Shown: positions 12,569 through 26,544, numbered from the stretch's first letter. The stretch is DNA of 64,000 nt from Bispira polyomma (GCA_965649765.1 OZ287748.1:32612001-32676000); one strand, 5' to 3'. The notes: a model not told the origin generated them from the letters alone. Translations and numbers: made by a program.

Positions 12569-13838
12569 TCAAACTCGGTCCTTTTGCCAGGCCAATGCCC
12601 CCTCATTGGTGAAATTTTGCATGAGTAGCTCCCTCTGTTCTTTAACTGCCCTGCTGGGATTTCTACAGTTGGGTGGGTTGTTTCCTTCCACACATGCTGC
12701 TATCAGTGGGACAGGTGGGTCATCTTCTGGATTACCTGGATTAGCCATGTTGATAGCTGCAGTCCTCATCACATTGTGTTAGACTACACATGCTTAAGCT
12801 ATGTTGGCCACCACTGGTGGTTCCTGCTGCAACGTTGATAGAAGCATCCGGAATCTCTGGACTAAAAACACAAATACATTTTCGCCCACCCTTCGGCCTC
12901 TGGAGATTCTGTAATTATATAACCATTGTTCATGTATATCCCCCGTTGTGTGTAGGGTTTCATCAACCATGTCTTTGGGGCAAAAGCATCATCTCCTAGG
13001 ATGATGTAGGGGACAGTGGCTCTGACGGAGCTAATGGTATCAGGGGGGAGTTGATTGAGTGATCCTCTATTTTCTCCTTCAGTTCGGATCTATTAAAAAT
13101 CTGGCCACCTGAGTATGAGCCTATGTTAACCCACAGGAAAAGGTAATCCCCATCTATTGGGCAAGAATGACCATTGAGTGGACCCCTTGTGGTTTAAGTA
13201 CTCGCTCCCACCATTCCTCGGGCATCTCATAGCAATGTGTTTGCCACCTTTTGCCCCCAGGGCATGGGGAATGTTCTGCATGTTGCGGAACACGGACTCG
13301 ACCTTCTTTCAGTCATCAGGGCTGGTGGGGCATTTGAGGAATTATTCCTGGCACTTGTCGATGATGGCCTGGCAACTTTCTGACACAAAGTACTGTAGCG
13401 ATGTGTAGGACTCCCTAGTAGCCAAATGCCCCAAAGCGATTGCTATCTTGAATCCAGGGGCCAGTGCCTGCCTGTGCCAGGTGGTGTGTATCTGTATCCT
13501 GTGCTCTACCCTCCTCTTTATCTCCTGGAATACGTCAGGGGGCATCCTGAGGAAGTTGCGGTGTGACTGGAGATCTTGCAGCTCTAGGCATGGCATAAGT
13601 GATGTGTAGTGTCCATGTTGTTCCCTTTCCCTGAGCCATGGCTTGACCCAGAATCTTAGCCTTGCCCTTCGTCTTCTGGCCACCTGAGACTAAGCCTGAG
13701 GCTGAGGCTGTATATTCACTGCTTCTCTTTGCCTTCTTAATTTTCTTATCCTGCCTTCGATGTCCATAATAACCAGTTGTGCTTGCATATAGGCAATTAC
13801 ACCCCTTTCTGCTAGATTTATTGTTCTTGTGGAATCAT
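12569..13838 (-). pseudogene. Harbinger (HARBI1-like DDE) transposase pseudogene
   Basis: Fragments across frames: RFWVKPWL...NFLRMPPDVFQEI...IALGHLATRESYTSLQY; FPHALGAKGGKHI; YIILGDDAF; [10 protein letters not shown]; HNVMRT. Multiple stops and frameshifts. Confidence 0.92.
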
Positions 13839-14324
13839 GTTGATCACTTGACTTCTGAATTAAAACTCTCTGGCTTCAAGTTTAGACCCTCATTTAGATA
13901 GCGTTTGATAAAAACAGTACCCGCCGATTGTTATCACCAAGATTTCGCTCTGGATAGTCGTTCCATCGGCTGACTTATGTTGGTGTCCAATGACTGAATC
14001 ATAACGCCCTTACAACCTATCTTTTGGATCGCAAGCAAGTTAAGCAATGTATCTTTAGCAATCAGGGCGGTTGGGAGCCTAAAACTGTGATCATGAAGAC
14101 TAATCGGGTTGATTATTCATAATGCTAAATGATTTATCAGGGCAGCTGTATGACCTTTCTTACAGGTCGTGATGCATTTTGCACCCCCTCTTTTCAAAAC
14201 ATCAGGGGAAATGCCAAGGATTGCTCACGATCGTATAATCAGGGCCTCTCCCCGACCATTCGTGATAGTGGAACAGCACAATAAAAATTGAAAAGCTTAG
14301 TCTAGAGGGCCTAAAAGTCTTTGC

Positions 14325-14670
14325 AAGGAAAGATAAGTCGTTGAATGGAAAAGATAAATTTTAACTGAAAAAGATAGGTCTTAAACCCACCACAATCTCA
14401 TAAAGATAAGTCTTGCTGTTTAAGGTGAAAAAAGTTGTTGGAAGGAAAAGATAAACCTTTTCATCAAAACATAAGTCATTGGAAGGAAAAGATAAGTTTT
14501 GTCATCAAAAGATAAGTTGTTACAAGAAAAGGATTACTCTGGAGGGGGCCCAACTGATCGGCCGATACACACTCACTCGTAGAGGTTATCTAACATGTTT
14601 GAAAACCTCTGTGAGTGTCCCTAATCCAAAAGAAAAGTCTTTTCATCGAAAGATAAGTCATTGGTGGGAC
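14325..14670. repeat. Degenerate ~19-20-bp tandem repeat
   Basis: Recurrent GAAAAGATAAGTC / GGAAGGAAAAGATAA. Confidence 0.7.
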
Positions 14671-16904
14671 GAATCATCCACGATAATGGCGCCCTAAACT
14701 TTTAATTGTTCAGGTCAGGGTATGATCTCTGATTCCCCCAGTATCTGAACCTTGTGATTATCCAAGCTTCTCCCTTGTCTCAGGATGGGTTCGATATTTT
14801 ACTGTAATGTACAAAAGTAATTAGTGTGAATCTAAAATTACAAATAAACCATAAAGTCTGCTTAACCACTTTAGTAATAGACATTATAAACAGCTCTCTT
14901 TTTTTGGAAGCAAGTTCAGATATTTCATCAATTAGGTCTTTGTGATTACAGCAAAACAAAACTTTGGCTATACTTAAATAATTTATCAGAATACTAATAA
15001 AACTCTTAAAAGTGTATAGAGGTCAATCAAGTGTATACAAATTTTGAAAGGTTTTTAGCATAGTTTTAAAGAATTTTATTTCTTACGTCAAGTACTAAAA
15101 TGCGATATCTTTTTTTGGTGTGAAATGTTCTTCTTTCGAATACAATCACAATTAAAGCCAAATAAACATGACAATGGAAATGCTTATTTGATTTATTGTT
15201 CCACTTTTATGGGGTGGATTAACTAGAAGAGATTTTATACAACAATATCATCAGTCACAGAACATAAAATTGGACGTATATAAAGCTTTATGAGAAACTT
15301 TAGTTAATTAATGATAAACAGTCATTATTTTTGCAGCTGTGATTTTTTTAGCTTTCAGAGGCAAACATTGTAAAGCTTTGTTTGCAAAATCATACACACT
15401 TCAAACTGGAGTTGTTACGTATTGTAAGAAGTGATACTAAATAGCTGGCACATAACTTTGTTGTATTTAGTTTTGGGGGAAAAACTAGTTGTTATTTCAA
15501 AGATGAAGTGACAGATTCTATTAGTATAGAAATAGAGCTACCCAAAATTACGTTTACCAGTAAATTAGTCATATTATATGCAACAAAGACTAAAAAATTT
15601 ATGAACCAAAGAATTTATTTATATACTACTGGTGTTTTCGTGAGAAAGACTGGATGTAGGGGTTATGTAAACCATTACCTCTTCATAAAAAAATACAAGA
15701 CAGTTAAAGTTTTTACCAGTGTCCCACACCATAAACTGAACAACTTTCATGGAGCTCAAATGATATCAAATGGTATAATTTCTGCTAATTAATGGATAGG
15801 TTTTCTATTTTTTTGCACAACAGTGTCATCTTGCAATATCCAAAGACCATTCTGAAACTAAAAATTGCATCTTTTCAAGACTGTAGTGCAGTAGCAAAAG
15901 CTGACAATTGCATACGTCTAACGATTTACCTTAAATTGACCATCCAGATTTGTGGCATTGCCATGATATTTACAAAACTGTACATACTAGTATCACTTTT
16001 CAGAAACACAGGGACTATCACTAACCCAAATTCCCAGTGCCTTCCCTTACCTATAAAAAGACATCCTGTCAACATTCTAGCCTGAAATAAGCAGCATTCA
16101 ATTAGATTCTGTCCCAGAATGTCAGTCACGCGATGCCCTGGTTAATAAATACAGCGAAGTCGTCAGCCAATTGTAAAATGTAAAATAAACCAGTGTGTCG
16201 GGCGGCGGAAGGCTTTTTGTAATTTTTAAAGCCTTATTCCATGGTTTGTTGTTTTAATCTCGAGGGAGGAAAAGAGATTGTGTATTGATTATTTTCAATG
16301 AAACCATTTCTTCTCTCATGTTTACAAATGTAAAAGCACTTCAGGTTCTTTGCATGATCCGAAGTTCTTTACCCTTTTCTTATGTGCAGTTCTAACATGA
16401 TATTGTGAATGTGTGAATATGCATGAAGTCTATGTGCTTGAAACAAAACCTGGTCGAATTATTTAATAGCCCACTATTGTAGAAATTGCTCAAATGCTAT
16501 TTAAATTTAAAAGTTGAGGTTAGGCGAACTCCACTGAAACAATTACTCATATGATCTATATAGGCAGATGCAAAGGGTATGCATATTGTATAAATGATGC
16601 AAACGTAATCAATAAATATAAAATTTATGAGACACAATATTCTGCATGGAGCAATCTGGGACCATGGTAACCTGGTGGTTGGAAGTAATTTTCCTCTCTC
16701 ATCAGATCACATCAGATCAAACATAAGATATTCAGATCAAATCCCAATGTTTCCTTTCATGTGCGATGCTTTGCCAGGTTCTTGCCGTAGGTTGGTGTTT
16801 TGGCCGTTTTCCAGCACAAATAGTAATGATTTCCTCCACCAATAATCCAGGTAATTACAATGTGACACAAGTTGATGAAAGTGGTGTAAATCCCAAATAA
16901 ATTG

Positions 16905-17170
16905 TGGATTTTAACGCATCTTATCGATGTTGGGCATTAATTTTACATCACACCAGAATCAATAAACCTCTGCCATAATAGATTGCCAGTTGGTTTTTAT
17001 CCATAGGCATGGCGTGTTCACATCTTGTCCAATGATGTTATGCCCAATGACCATTGTGGTCTTACAAGAAATCAAACCACAAACCTTCTGGTCACCAGAC
17101 CAACTGCCTAACTAGGAGTCGAACCTGGATAATATCGACCACCAGACCAAATCCCTATCCATGAGGCTAT
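16905..17170 (-). mobile_element. SINE family 3
   Basis: CACATCTTGTCCAA core, GGAGTCGAACC B-box, ACCAGACCAAATCCCTATCCA head; abuts a family-1 tail at ~16770-16900. Confidence 0.55.
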
Positions 17171-17944
17171 CCATCAGGCCATCAAGCAGGCCATCGGATA
17201 CCATGGAAATAAAAGATCAAACAGAGTCACAACAAGGAAGTTATGCCAAGTTATTACAGATTAAGTACCTGTGTATGTGTGCCATGTTTCACATTCTGAA
17301 CATACATAGGTTGTGTGGCTTTAAAAATGTGCACTAGTTGTAAATCCTGGGGTTTTATTGTATCAGATTATCACAAATGTTTCTCAGATGATACAAATGG
17401 AATAGTTGAAATGTGGTTTATTTGTAATTTTATTCTAATATGTTAATCCGCAAATTTTGAAAACCATTTACGTTATTGGTAGTGACGGTTTTTTTGTATT
17501 GCAGTGATAGACAAACCATTCTTCTATCTTTTAAACTATTGCAGTAACTCAAAATTTATGGAGTCTTAAAACAGTTTACACCATACATAAGTCATTTGAT
17601 TACATATACACATACCTACATATTTAACATGTTTCTTATGTGGTACCCTTATTTAATTTAATAACTCTGGCTTTCTGTAGTTCTGTAAGAGTGCAAGGTG
17701 TAATGACATGGTGAGTGAGTCAATAAGGAATCCTCTAATTTTTTTAAACAACACACACTTAGTCTTTGGCTGCTGACTCAAAGAGTGGTACATTAGTTCA
17801 ACAAAGTTAACACTACCAAACATGACTACATATATAGTTAGATGAGTTGGATACAGATAGATACTTTCTATCAAATATACTATCAGCTGACGAAACCTTT
17901 TTAACATTCCTCACAAACAAAAGACCAATTTTAAGATAGAACTT

Positions 17945-18220
17945 AACTAAGTTATTAAGGGAGTCTAAAACTGAGTATACACACAATACCAATGTGCAAA
18001 CGGTCTAATGCTTACTTTAACGTTTGTCATTCAACCTTTATCTGAATTTAAGGTCAGACCATAAGTTAGCTAAGGAAGCCTAAAACTGCTTTACACAATT
18101 TTTATGTGTACAAATGTATAAGGGGAATGCTCTGTAACATGTAAGGCCCAACCATAACTTACTATTTAAGGTTTCGCTACTAAGTTGGCTAATGGAGCAT
18201 AAAACTAACTAAACAATTCA
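17945..18220. repeat. Degenerate ~115-bp tandem repeat, 2-3 copies
   Basis: TAAGTT.(G)CTAA.G.AG..TAAAACT at ~17948, ~18062 and ~18181. Confidence 0.6.
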
Positions 18221-21200
18221 TTTTGTTAAGCATGACATTTTCTTCTGTATCTAGTAATGGGATAACAAACTTAATTTTAACTATTCCCTGACAGTCATAT
18301 ATAAGACTCTTTCAAAGATAATAAAAGTATGAAAACTGCTCGTTTTCTAAACAAGGATATCCAAATAATGCATAAAGGAGTAATATACAATAATGCATTG
18401 TGCGAACCGATTGATCGATATATTTCAAAAGCCAGAATAAAAATGGCGGTACAACTGGTACTAGATTACTGGGTGTGTTTCTTGTTTCCCTGCTAAAACA
18501 CGCCGGAAAAAAAGTCCCCTACTCTACTTAATTATTTCAACACAGTGAGGCTTGTTGTTTATTAATTGAACCCCCAAACTTTGACACGAATGAATGGAGA
18601 GAGGATATTGCAGAAAAAAAGAAGGACATGTTTGCCTTTCTGTCAAAATCCAATTCCAACTTTCTGGAGAATTGACAAAACTGAAAGGACAAATTTCTTG
18701 ATTAGGAGAGAAAATCGATGGTCAAACATCACAGAAAAGGCAATGCAATTATGAAATGTCTGACAAGTTTTTTGTTTCTTCTCCCCCCTTTTTATCCGTC
18801 TCTTTATCCATCACTATAGCCCATTGTTGCTGTAATGCTGGATTGCAAATATTTAAATTAAACTACAATGTAATCATAAAAAAGACTGCACAGAACTGAA
18901 TTGTAAACCTAAATCATTCCCTAATTAAAGTGTTTAAGGTCCTTTTTCAGAATTTTCACTTTGTCAATATTGACAAAAACATGTGTGAAAGCAAATGTAA
19001 AAAAGGATAGATGAAAATGGAGATACAGTTAAAACTGCTGATATTGTCATTTTAGGAAACAAGTTAAAATATGAGAAATGGCTATGACAAGTAAAAAAAA
19101 ATGACTGACATTTTGGGAACAACAAAAAAAAAAAAAACATTTAAAGGTTTAAAAATCAAAGGTTTTGGCCCATTAAGATATTAAAGCTCTATATATGTAC
19201 AAGTAATATGTATCCATAAGGGCACGATTGATATCTATATTGACGGGATAATCGTAACATGCCAACATAAGAAAATCAGAAACTTTCCTTGTTATCTGAT
19301 ATATTAATCGGTGTACTCAAGCCATGGGTACCTTCTTATTTATCAGACATTAAATCCCTTTGCAAGGTAATTTTACTAATAATCTGTGTGTCTAGATATA
19401 AGAAATATTTCACAAAATTGTTTGTTACATAGTATTTGAGACATTTTTTCTTTAAAACTTCCAAGTTTATTGAGATGCAGCTTAGATTGTTGGGATTAGT
19501 TTGACTTCACTTGGTACAGACTAGCCCCTTTGTACTAAAACCCTATTCATAAACTCCTGTCTACTTATAGATTTTCCCCCTTCCCTCTAAACCTCTAAAC
19601 TTCCCTCTTTAACAGTGTGACCCCTTGGAAAGAAGAATGATCAGATTGAAAATAAGTGAAAGATAAAGATTTTTAAAAGTCTAAGAACATACATAATGTC
19701 TATTTCAGATAACATCAAATAATTTTGACAACTACAAACCCCCCCCCCCCCCCCCCAAAAAAAAAAAAAAAATAAATAAATAAATAAAAAAAAAATAAAA
19801 TAATAATAAATAAATAAATAAAAAATATAAATGATAATAAAAAAGTTAAATAAAATAAAATGCTGAAATGTTAACATAGACTTGCAAACTCGACATTAAG
19901 TCTTTTGAAAATGTTAAAAATCACTTCAGATTTGTGCACATCTTAAACTCATTATTAATCGGAGAGAAGAACTATTAGGGCCATTATTATCAAAAAACTG
20001 GAATTTAAACTCACACTTAAATAAAGTCCATATGAAAGTACAAATATATAGAAATTACCTATTCTTGTGAGCATTCATTTTTGAAGAGCATCCAGTGATA
20101 AATTAAAATATGCAGTCAAATTTTACCCAACTTTAGTGTAGCTAGAGATATAGAAACATAAGATCTGGCATAAGTTTAAGTTGACTGAATATGACCATTT
20201 TTAAATGCTTTGACAATGCCACATCTAACGTGCTCTAAAATCCCATTGAAATGGGACCAAGGCTCAAGGCTAAATAAGATATCCTTTTGTTTCTGCTTTT
20301 ATAAATATATCTTATCCCCCGAGCAGCAAAGCACTTGCTATCTAGCAACGAAGGCATTGGATTTTGTTTTTAATAAAACACAGTCCACATGTTGACATTG
20401 CTATTACAGCAGTGTGTGGGTGATTTACAAGCTGCTACAATAGGCTTGTAAAAAGACAAACACTAAAGGAGAGCATAGATAAATGGCTGATATTAATAAT
20501 TCTTATCACCCTCAAGTCTCTTCATAAGACAGCCAATACTACTAAAGGGTCTTATCTGGTATTACTAGCGAGTGTTCAGTTTATGCCTCCTTTTAGTGGC
20601 ACGATGACAATCTAATTAAATTTTTTGCTTGTCCACCATATCAGTGTTCATATAAGAGATGGCTTGCATTTCGTCTCAACCCCCTCCCCTCAACTCCTCG
20701 ATGCTTTTGTTCCCAATATATTTCCTCAGCACTTTATAAATCAAAGCCTTCTTTTTTTTTCCTTCTGCCTTCAAATGTATTTGAGATCTTAATTTATCAT
20801 AGATAAAAGCAGTTCAAACTAATCCCATTTAATTCCACGCAAGCATGAGCTTATCAATTGAAGGCTTATCTTGATATTTGCATAGTGTATTAATTAGATC
20901 CAATAGAGGGGCCACAAAGGACCTTCTCTTCTTACAAACGATATATAGATGTGCCATAAGTTTTTTCCTTACAAGTTATGGTGTGCCAAAAATAGATTCA
21001 CAAATAAACAGATCTGTGAAAGCTGCAGATGTACTGATTTAATCATTGTCAATACATGGTACTATTAATCTTACAGTGCCACTCTTTTAGCAGACATTTG
21101 TTTTCTCTTTCAAATGTGTCTTTAGTCCTTCACAATTTCTTCATCTCTTTGTTAGTATTAAAATATACTATAAAATAGCTATTTCATGGTATTAAAATAT

Positions 21201-21253
21201 ACTGTAAAATCGTTATCTTTAAAGTTACCTTACTGTATATCTGATAGCATTTA

Positions 21254-22029
21254 GGCCCTTGTTTCACAAAACACCTTATACCTGCTGTTACCATAAGAAT
21301 AGTACAATGTGTGTTACATCTAATATAGTGTCGCTACGATCTATGAACTTTAGTAGGTCCTTATGTAGCAGTCACACCTCTGGGTTGAAGAGCCATGACT
21401 GGACAACGTGAAAACGTTACATAAAGTGTAGCAAAGCGAAGATTTCCTTGTGTGTACATTTCATGACTTTATATGTCATTAAAGAGTTGTCCATTTTAGT
21501 CCGCTTCCACGATTATTTCAAACTGTTTGAAATATTTGTGGCAGAACTCTCTGATTTGGGTAATTGCTGTATTTGTTCTAAAATGTTTCCCTGAAGTAGC
21601 ATTATCTAGCAGTACGTAGCTCTATGTAGTAGAAAGAAGTGGCAAAGTAGCAGTAAAGTGTAAGGTACCTCGAAACATTATTAAATGCTGCAAGTCGTTT
21701 CAAAGAAGTAACTTTAAGTGACCGTGTGATGTACCTTCTTCGCCTAACTCCATCAACCTGTCAAACTAAAGGTGACAATATCCTCACTGATTTATGATAC
21801 GTACGTTGCCAATGACTCATGATTTCACTTATGCCGATTGCCTACATTTTAACCCGCCACATTAAATTGTCCTACTACATGTTACAAAACAATGCAACAT
21901 CTATGTGTGACTGGGCCACTACTGCTTAGTAGGTGTTTTGTAAAACAATGTAGCAGTCCTTTCAGTGGCTCTGCTAAAGGTAAAAGGTATAATACCTACT
22001 AATTTAGGAGGGCTTGTGAAACTGGGGCT
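21254..22029. mobile_element. Composite Harbinger-type MITE region: outer GGCCC.GTTTCACAA element containing a family-A-related element (~21369-21913)
   Basis: GGCCCTTGTTTCACAAAACACCT at left matches inverted AGGTGTTTTGTAAAACAA (~21931) and TTGTGAAACTGGGGC (~22014). Inner CAGTCACAC...GTGTGACTG; palindrome at 21507-21541 homologous to 393-425. Confidence 0.6.
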
Positions 22030-22213
22030 TGAAAGCGTGAGAATCTGATTAGCATTTAAATTTATATTACATTAGAAAGTCATGATGTTCATATATAATT
22101 TTTTCAAAGTATGTTTCCTTGTAATGCAACGATTTACCTCTGGATAATCATTAAGTTCCAAGTCTATTAAAGTGGAACAGGTGTAGCTCATGTTTGCCTG
22201 GTGACTATATCTG

Positions 22214-22450
22214 TCACTGTGCTATATTGGCAAGCACACTCGCTTTAGAACGCAGAGGATCTAGGTTCCATCCTAGCCTGGGGTGACCAGGTACAAACAA
22301 ATACATAGTGACTTGGATGGCCAATTAAAAAGGTGCTCCTGTGTCAGTCGGTCCTGTCCCCAGGGGCAGGCTAAAGAACTTTGATAAATGGTGTCATCCT
22401 CAAGCCTCTGTCTTTAGGTAGATGAATGACAACTGGTTGGCTTTACTCAG
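22214..22450 (+). mobile_element. tRNA-headed SINE, family 2 (Deu/Nin-domain-like)
   Basis: Head with B-box GGTTCCATCC; core GGATGGCCAATTAAAAAGG...CCTGTGTCAG...GGCAGGCTAAAGAAC; homologous copies at 25308, 52117 and 60125. Confidence 0.7.
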
Positions 22451-22808
22451 ACAATCAAGATAATGTTAATTAACACTTTGAATACCAGTGAAAGGTTGTC
22501 AAATGGGCTAAGTATACCTTTGAATACCACAGAATACAAGAATACTGCATGATCTTCAAAAAACTACAAGTATTTGAAACATTGCACCTTTTGAACCAAC
22601 CAAGAGATCAAGCGCATGAAAAATTATTGCATCACATAGTCATTTATGTGGCAGATTATTCTCTTTATATACTTTAGTCACATGTTATGTTCAGTATATA
22701 ATACAGTCAATATGTTGAATATTCTTATTTACAGACAAATAACCTGTACCAAATCTTTCTCAGGCTCAAAATTTAAATGAAACAAAAAAAAAAAATATAA
22801 ACATATGT

Positions 22809-23032
22809 TTAAGTTATTTCTAAATTAAATAAAATAGTGTTTATAATTTGATAACATATAAGTGTATATATCACAATGTTGGTCTTGCCAAGACTAATAG
22901 ACCCCGCAAAAACCACAAACTTAAGTTATTTCAAAACTAAAGAAAATAGTGTTTAAACTTTGATGACATATGTGTGTGTATATCACAATGATGGCTTTGA
23001 CAAAGCTAATAGACCGCCAAAAAATTACACAC
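22809..23032. repeat. 112-bp tandem duplication
   Basis: TTAAGTTATTTC.AAA.TAAA.AAAATAGTGTTTA...TATCACAATG...CTAATAGACC at 22809 and 22921. Confidence 0.85.
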
Positions 23033-23296
23033 TGAAGTTTATCATTGTTTGTACTTTTTCTAAGCTTTATTAAATATTATTAGTGCAATATGTAAAGGGA
23101 ACAAGGAAAAACCACAGATGTATGTAACATAAAACAATATCAGAATATTATATCAGAGAATCAGACACATAAAAGAAGCATCAGTGTCAGATAACAAGTG
23201 TAATGACAGCTGGTGATATGCTAGTAAGGTAGCTTAAATGACATGCTGAAGTATACAGCTACAATGTAAAACCTGGGCTATTTGTCTGTTCGTGGT

Positions 23297-23631
23297 AATT
23301 GTATCCACCGATCCGGTGGATACTTTGGTTTAGCATTGGCTTTTGATGTGGTCAGATTTGACCTTGGGCCCCTCCATCAAGGTCAGACGAGGGTAGTTAA
23401 ACTTAAAAGTTCTTATAACTTGCTTATTATTGGTCCTACAGTTTTGAGATGTAAAAGCAACCTATAGGAAATCATGGGCTGAGATTCTTTTGATGTGGTC
23501 AGATTTGACCTTGGGCCCCTCCTTCAAGGTCAGACGAGGGTAACCATAGCTTGGGTGCTTCCTATCCAGGTGGTCTGTCTTTCTGGTGGATACAAATATG
23601 CATCGCTTTTCCGATGCGCTAGGTCTAGTTT
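23297..23631 (+). mobile_element. Helentron-associated non-autonomous element (HINE/DINE-1-like)
   Basis: 5' sub-TIR TTGTATCCACC forming palindrome GTATCCACCG-ATC-CGGTGGATAC; internal ~147-bp-period repeat (TTTTGATGTGGTCAGATTTGACCTTGGGCCCCTCC at 23341 and 23488); 3' sub-TIR GGTGGATACAA (23585-23595), hairpin GCATCG/CGATGC, then CTAGTTT. Confidence 0.75.
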
Positions 23632-25307
23632 AAAATGGTTTGATACAAATACATTTTTTCACAATTGAAGCCTATTAGTGAAAATAACTATAATTAGTGT
23701 CTCATTCATAGATTGACGCATGTCAGAGAGCAGAAAATATACGAATTCTACTGTTATTTGCATTTGTGATATATCCAAAATAGGGCAGTAATTCATATTA
23801 TTAGCAAGGGTAAGAGCAAGGGTGAAAGGCATCATAAGATATACCGAATTAAAGAGGACAAAAAGTGTATTTAATAAAACCGCTTATTCTTATATTGGTA
23901 TAACATAATCAGGTACATAAACATCAAACAATGGCATGGCATCACACATGTCCCAATATTGGTCACCGTTTGTTTGGCTTTAGTTTGAGGTTAAAGTGAC
24001 TTTCAATAAGTCTTGTGTCACGATTGTAAAGGTTTTCTGTTCTGCAAATCACCGGATTTCAGCAAATCAACTGACAACTTTAACACTATTACCGAAATTT
24101 GAACATACAACTGCAGAGATGGAGGGTGTTTCTCTAAACCACCGAGACCACTTTGATACCAATTAATCACTTGTCACTGGTTACTGTTATGAGTATGGCT
24201 AATTCCCTTGTACGTAGCCTCATTGACTACTGCAATTCTCTTTTATTTTAGGTAAAAACATTTTCGATTAGGTTACAATCCATGCAAACCTATTTATGTA
24301 GAGTAATTTTTGGTTTGGACATCCGAACTCATGTCTCCCAGTTGAGCTTAGATCACTAGAAAGACTTTCTGGGTTAAGGGGACAACTTAAAAATTCTTTT
24401 CAAACTCCCTTAAACCTCCGCATCCCTTCTTATGACCTGGCTTTGGTCTTTTTTCCAATTGGTTTATTGACTTTGTTTTTGCTATTTAGAGGATGCCTAG
24501 AATAATATAATGCACATTAAAAATACAATACAATTTAACAACATGTATTGCCATCTGGTTGTACGTATTACATTAGATTTATATCAACGCATATGGCACT
24601 ATTGTAGCTGAGGCTCTCTGGCAAAAAGTTGTTGACTTAATATTTTCCTAACACCAGTGTTCAGTCAGATGGAACCAGTGCTTACCGTGGGTACCAGTCT
24701 AAAAGGTTTGGTTCCTGTCTTCATTGAATCCAAAAGAAACCCTGCTGAATGTGGGTGGTTGTTGGACTTCCGTTTTGGGCTTTCAGATCTCTATTAAATC
24801 TAACTACCTGTTATAAATATGTGCTGTATACCAAATGTGGCCGTTAAGTGTTATACAGGCAGGGATAGAACTGCCTACTGTCAATATTGCTGGATGGCTA
24901 ACGTATGCACTGCTGTTCTAATTTCAAAATTTAGTCTTATTGTTACATGTGTACTAAGATTAGCTGCAAGCGAGCCGGGAAATGGGCATCAGGTACTTAC
25001 TAAGTGATTCGGTGCCGAGTACTCGCTAAAAATATTTAACCATGACCAATATAAGGCTGCTGTTTGAGTGTTACCATGTAAAAGATAAGTGTAAGGGGTT
25101 GTTTTGGGGGAAATATTAAAGTTTGGTGTCTGTATCATTTGATGCTGATATATTATTCGATGTATTGTATGTGTGTCAGAAATCAGACTTACAGAGTCTA
25201 TTCCCGTATCTGACTCGCACCATAAGGCGAACTGCTCTAGTGGGTGATAAACCGACTAACTCTTCCACTTCATGATTAAGATATATCAATATTTTAGCCA
25301 TGTATCT

Positions 25308-25555
25308 GCCATTGTGGCCCAAATGGTAACTCACTTGGACATGACGATAATGGACCCGATTTCGATTCCAGCCTGAGGCCCCCAGGTGCAGGCAGGTAAC
25401 ATAATGACTCAGATGACTACTTAAAATGGTGGCCCATTGGTCCATTGGGTCATATGTCCAATGGCAGGCTACAGAACCTTGATAAATATAATAGTGTCAT
25501 ATTCAAGCCTATGTCTGGGGAATCATGGTCACTGGTGCTGGTTGGCTATACTTAT
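25308..25555 (+). mobile_element. SINE family 2
   Basis: GTGGCCCAAATGG, TTCGATTCC, CCCAGGTGCAG, GATGACTACTTAAAATGG, GGCAGGCTACAGAACC. Confidence 0.7.
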
Positions 25556-26544
25556 GCACTCACGTAAAAATAAAGTTAGGACTTTGAGTCCTAAAATACA
25601 GACACTTAACAGCTGTTGAAGGGAATACTAAAATTAGGTGTGTTTTTTTTCTGCCTTTGTGATGTGCCATTTCATCGAGAACATTGGCCAGTTTTTGTAA
25701 TTTAAAATTCAGCTCACAGCAGGAAATTATCTTAATCCCAGAAATAGAATTGATTCTGGTCTCTTTTTACAAGTAACATCCCACAACAAATGGCACATGG
25801 GCGATAATATGCCACCTAGGTTTTTTTACTCATTAATAGAAACACATTCTCAGAGTGAAAAAATGGGGGGTATTGGTTTATGACAAAGATCATTTATCAT
25901 TCCCATCGTTGTGTGCTATCTGTTGAGGAAATTACATTTTTGCAAGAAACTACTAAAAATTCATCTTTGACTAGTCGTCATTATTTAGGTAGCTTTCACG
26001 TTAAGGTGGCAGTAATATTTGCAACACAGACGTTCAGAAAACTAATTTATATATTTCATTTTTAAAACATATACGAAACGTTCCACAGAGATTTTGTTGT
26101 GTCATAAATGCTGTTTCTCATTTTCTTTTGTTTAGATATTTTTAAAATATATCTTGAAATCACTGTGTGACTTAAGTGTCTTCCTTTTTACGGAGCTTAT
26201 CCTTGCAGAAAATTCTCTTTAATTGCAGTTCTATTTTTAGATACTGTCTATTTTATGACAAGCTGTCCTCTTGGTTGTAGCACAATGTCTAGTTGTGGAA
26301 TATTTCAGCAGTTTATTTTGGCTTATGTGTCCATGTAAATTCCAGGTACATTAAAACAAATGCAGATACGTTTTGTCCAAAAAGGGTAAGCGGTGTCTAT
26401 ATTTCAGCTGTAAATAATTTTGATAAACACTTAAATCTCTATATGATGCATTTCTTTAACCAGAAAGGGTGCTCTGCACAGCACATACCTCTGCTTATGC
26501 CCAGCATTGCTAAAAAAAATCCTGAATCAACCGTTCTATCCGGA

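Larger units (their letters stand above)
11405..14281 (-). mobile_element. PIF/Harbinger DNA transposon, decayed
   Basis: TAA target duplication (11402-11404 / 14282-14284); TIRs TGGGGCTGTTCCACTATC / GATAGTGGAACAGCACAA extending as ~100-bp imperfect inverted repeats; contains transposase remnant. Confidence 0.92.
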
